Source: Candidatus Krumholzibacteriia bacterium
GTDB taxonomy: Bacteria > Krumholzibacteriota > Krumholzibacteriia > JAJRXK01
Assembly: GCA_041484665.1 (NCBI GenBank)
Contig: JBGPIA010000002.1
Coordinates: 512,001 to 576,000 of the forward strand
Direction: 5' to 3'
Length of the DNA: 64,000 nt
The position numbers and the translations under genes are program-made. The notes under the pieces were generated by a model. It did no database searches, was not told the DNA's origin, and saw only the letters and a program-made list of their open reading frames with translations. Below, piece after piece: positions 61,260 through 64,000 of this stretch (its first letter is position 1; each line of letters opens with the position of its first letter).

Positions 61260-62402
61260 TCAGATGCTGCCGCGCACCTGCGGCTGACGCATGCGCCAGA
61301 GCACCCCGTCATAGTCGAAGTGCATGAGAGATTGATAGATTCCCCAGAAGAAGATCCAGCGCGCAGCCGGCGTCCCCGCCAACACGATGGGAGGGTGGTG
61401 CGCAAAGACGTACTGCCCGTAATAACGCAACCACACGTAGCCCCCGCCCGTGACCGCCAGCAGCACTGCGTAGAAGAGCCACGGTCGCCGCAGCAGCCGC
61501 GCCATCGCCGTGACCTGGGTCGTCGCGCCGGCGTAGCGACGGCGCTGGAAGGCCCACACGAAGACCATGTACTCCACGGCGTGGCTGAATGCGTACGCCA
61601 AGTAGACCTTCAGGGGATTGCACACCAGGAAGCTCGCGGCCAAGAGGGTCATCGCCGCCGCCATCGACAGGCGCGCCGGGTGGCGCAGGCCGAAGGTGCG
61701 GCGCTCGTGGCGCAGGAACACCAGCAGCGATGCGGCGACGCAGGCGATGGAGGGCAAGAGCAACAGCGGCCGCAGGCGCGCGAGCGTGTCCACCAGCGGA
61801 AGCAGGTAGGCGTCCACCGCCCGGGCGTGCTCCACCAGCAGGTCTCGGTGCGCGGGCCCGAGGTAGACGAAATACAGCGGCATCCAGCCCAGGATGAGCC
61901 ACCGGTCGACCCAGCCTGGGACCCCCGGCCCAGCGCCGCGCGCCTTCGCGTTGTACAGGCGCAGGATGCCGTACTTCTGCATGTAGACATGCCACAGGTT
62001 CCACAGCGCCGCCGCAAACGCGACGGCACCGATCGCGGCGCGCCCGCCCGGCGTGCGCCAGAGCGGCGGGCTGGCCAAGAGCGCCGCTACCATGAGCACC
62101 GGCGCCACGATGAAGCGCAACCGGCGTTGCACGAAGACCTGCCGGTCGAGGTAGACGTAGGGCAGGCTGAAGTGCCGGTGGGCGAAGGTCACGGTCATGA
62201 TGGCTGCGTACAGCAGCACGTAATCGCCCGGCTGCTGCCCCCCGCCCAGGAGCAACGGCAGCAGCACCCACAGCCAGCTGAAGTGGTACGCCACGACGTC
62301 GATCAGGGGCGTCACGTGCCAGAGCGCCGCACCGCGCTCGGCGCGCGGCAGCCGCAGCAGACGCGACAGCGCGCCCGGCACCGTGGCCAGGGCCTCAGCC
62401 AT
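61260..62402 (-). CDS. Multi-pass membrane protein with His motifs
   Basis: About 9 TM; HRHFS, WHVYMQKYG, HAVEY, HFDYDGVLW; start overlaps the carB stop. Confidence 0.7.
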   Translation of the reverse strand: MAEALATVPGALSRLLRLPRAERGAALWHVTPLIDVVAYHFSWLWVLLPLLLGGGQQPGDYVLLYAAIMTVTFAHRHFSLPYVYLDRQVFVQRRLRFIVAPVLMVAALLASPPLWRTPGGRAAIGAVAFAAALWNLWHVYMQKYGILRLYNAKARGAGPGVPGWVDRWLILGWMPLYFVYLGPAHRDLLVEHARAVDAYLLPLVDTLARLRPLLLLPSIACVAASLLVFLRHERRTFGLRHPARLSMAAAMTLLAASFLVCNPLKVYLAYAFSHAVEYMVFVWAFQRRRYAGATTQVTAMARLLRRPWLFYAVLLAVTGGGYVWLRYYGQYVFAHHPPIVLAGTPAARWIFFWGIYQSLMHFDYDGVLWRMRQPQVRGSI

Positions 62403-64000
62403 GATCGGCGGCGACGCGCAGCTGCACGCCCAGTACGGGACCGGCGAGCGGCTGTGCGCGGCGCTCGTGGAGCTCCTGCAGGCAGAGGACGTCCCCGCCG
62501 CGGTCCCCCAGCTCGCGCAGAGCGGCCACCGCGGCCAGGCCCGCCTCGAGGGTGGTGAGGAAAGGAATCCCAGCGGCGACGCAGGCACGGCGAATCGCCT
62601 CGTCGTCGCGGCGGGCCCGCGGGCCGAGCGGGGTGCTCAACACCAGCTGCAGCTGCCGGGCGAGGATGCGCTCGACCACGTTGGGCGAGCCGCCGCCGGC
62701 CCGCGCCAGAACCTCGAGCGAAAACCCGTGCTCGCGCAGGAACTGCGCCGTGCCCTCGGTGGCGAAGAGCGAGAAGCCCAGCGCGCGCAGGCGTGTGGCC
62801 ACGGGCACGAGCCCCATGCGGTCCTGCTCCCGCACCGAGAGGCAAGCTGCCCCCGATCGTGGCAGCGGCTCGCCGATGCCAGCGTAGGCCTTCGCGAAGG
62901 CGGGACCGAAGCGGAACGCCGCGCCCATGGACTCCCCGGTGCTGCGCATCTCGGGGCCGGGGTAGACGTCGGAACCCGGGAATTTGTGGTAGGGGAAGGC
63001 GCAGGCCTTCACGCTCACGTGGCGCGGCGGCGGCTCCTCCGTCACCTCCAGCTCCGCCAGGGTCTTGCCCGCCATGAGCAGCGCCGCCAGCCCGGCCACC
63101 GGCCGGCCGGTGGCGCGGCTGACGAAGGGGATCGTGCGGCTGCTGCGCGGATTCGCCTCCAAGACGTAGACGCGATCCTCCTGGACGGCGAATTGCACGT
63201 TCATCGGACCCACCACGCGCAGCGTGAGCGCCAACCGCCGCGCGGCATCGGCCATCGCCTCGAGCACATGCTTCTGCACGCCCAGCGGGGGCAGGATGCA
63301 GGCGCTGTCGCCGCTGTGGATGCCGGCGTGCTCGATGTGCTGCATCACGCCGCAGATCACGGCCTGCCGGCCATCGCACAGGAGGTCCACATCGAACTCC
63401 AGCGCCTCCTCCAGAAAGCGGTCGATGAGCAGCGGACGGCCCGGGCCGAACTCAACGCGGGAGGCGACGCCCTGCGGCCCCTCGCCGGTCATGCCCGCCA
63501 GCGCTGCGCGCAGGTCATCCTCGTTGTCGCAGATGGTCATCGCGCGTCCCCCCAGCACGTAGCTGGGGCGCACCAGCACCGGGTAACCGATGCGCGCCGC
63601 ATGCTGCAGCGCCTGCACCGGATCCGTTGCCATCGCGCCCTCGGGCAGGCGCAGCCCGAGCTTTACGACCAGCTCGTAGAATTTCTCGCGGTCCTCGGCG
63701 ATGTCGATGGACGCGGCCGGAGTCCCCCAGATGGGAACGCCTTCCCGTTCCAGCGCCCGCGCCAGCGAGAGCGGAGTCTGTCCCCCGAGCGTGACGATCA
63801 CACCGTCGGGCCGCTCGCGGTGGAGGATCTCCATCACGTCCTCGAAGGTGAGCGGCTCGAAATACAGGCGGTCGGCGACGTCGTAATCGGTGCTGACGGT
63901 CTCGGGGTTGCAGTTGACCATGATGGTCTCGATCCCCTGCTGCTTGAGAGCCAAGGCGGCCTCCACGCAGCAGGTGTCGAACTCGATCCCCTGGCCGATG
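62395..64000 (-). CDS. carB: Carbamoyl-phosphate synthase large subunit, C-terminal half (5'-truncated by window edge)
   Basis: IGQGIEFD, NCNPETVSTDYD, RPSYVLGG, HSGDS, EANPRSSRT, EMRSTGE, MGS domain. Confidence 0.97.
   Translation of the reverse strand, partial: IGQGIEFDTCCVEAALALKQQGIETIMVNCNPETVSTDYDVADRLYFEPLTFEDVMEILHRERPDGVIVTLGGQTPLSLARALEREGVPIWGTPAASIDIAEDREKFYELVVKLGLRLPEGAMATDPVQALQHAARIGYPVLVRPSYVLGGRAMTICDNEDDLRAALAGMTGEGPQGVASRVEFGPGRPLLIDRFLEEALEFDVDLLCDGRQAVICGVMQHIEHAGIHSGDSACILPPLGVQKHVLEAMADAARRLALTLRVVGPMNVQFAVQEDRVYVLEANPRSSRTIPFVSRATGRPVAGLAALLMAGKTLAELEVTEEPPPRHVSVKACAFPYHKFPGSDVYPGPEMRSTGESMGAAFRFGPAFAKAYAGIGEPLPRSGAACLSVREQDRMGLVPVATRLRALGFSLFATEGTAQFLREHGFSLEVLARAGGGSPNVVERILARQLQLVLSTPLGPRARRDDEAIRRACVAAGIPFLTTLEAGLAAVAALRELGDRGGDVLCLQELHERRAQPLAGPVLGVQLRVAADHG

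Overview
High-GC (roughly 70% by eye) bacterial chromosomal region with about 50 genes and no rRNA, tRNA, CRISPR array or recognisable mobile element. Two secreted peptidases carry C-terminal FlgD-Ig/T9SS-like tails (QNxPNPFNP), which suggests an FCB-group organism such as Eisenbacteria, Krumholzibacteria or Latescibacteria (inference). Housekeeping genes: rocD, groEL/groES with a CIRCE-like operator, coaX-birA-nadC-uvrB-rodZ-like-valS, msrP, moeA, trpA, recG and partial carB. Five peptidases (M36/M4-like, two M28, M16, M1) lie within about 23 kb. Main observations: (1) a 22-aa hydrophobic peptide gene (22595-22663), too short for the ORF track, with its RBS folded into a hairpin and followed by alternative hairpins and a terminator, resembling a type I toxin or an orphan Trp-codon leader; (2) a signalling cluster (about 46-54.6 kb) with a C-terminally extended MglA-like GTPase lacking an adjacent MglB, a zinc-ribbon/RomX-like fusion, a TPR protein, a degenerate CheC with CheY, an RsbW-like kinase and an HDOD protein, several behind sigma54-type motifs; (3) a sigma54-type operon with an SPFH/double-zinc-ribbon gene and three paralogous zinc-ribbon genes but no pspA; (4) an archaeal-style ferredoxin plus geranylgeranyl reductase pair. 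All family calls come from motif recognition by eye; no database searches were run.
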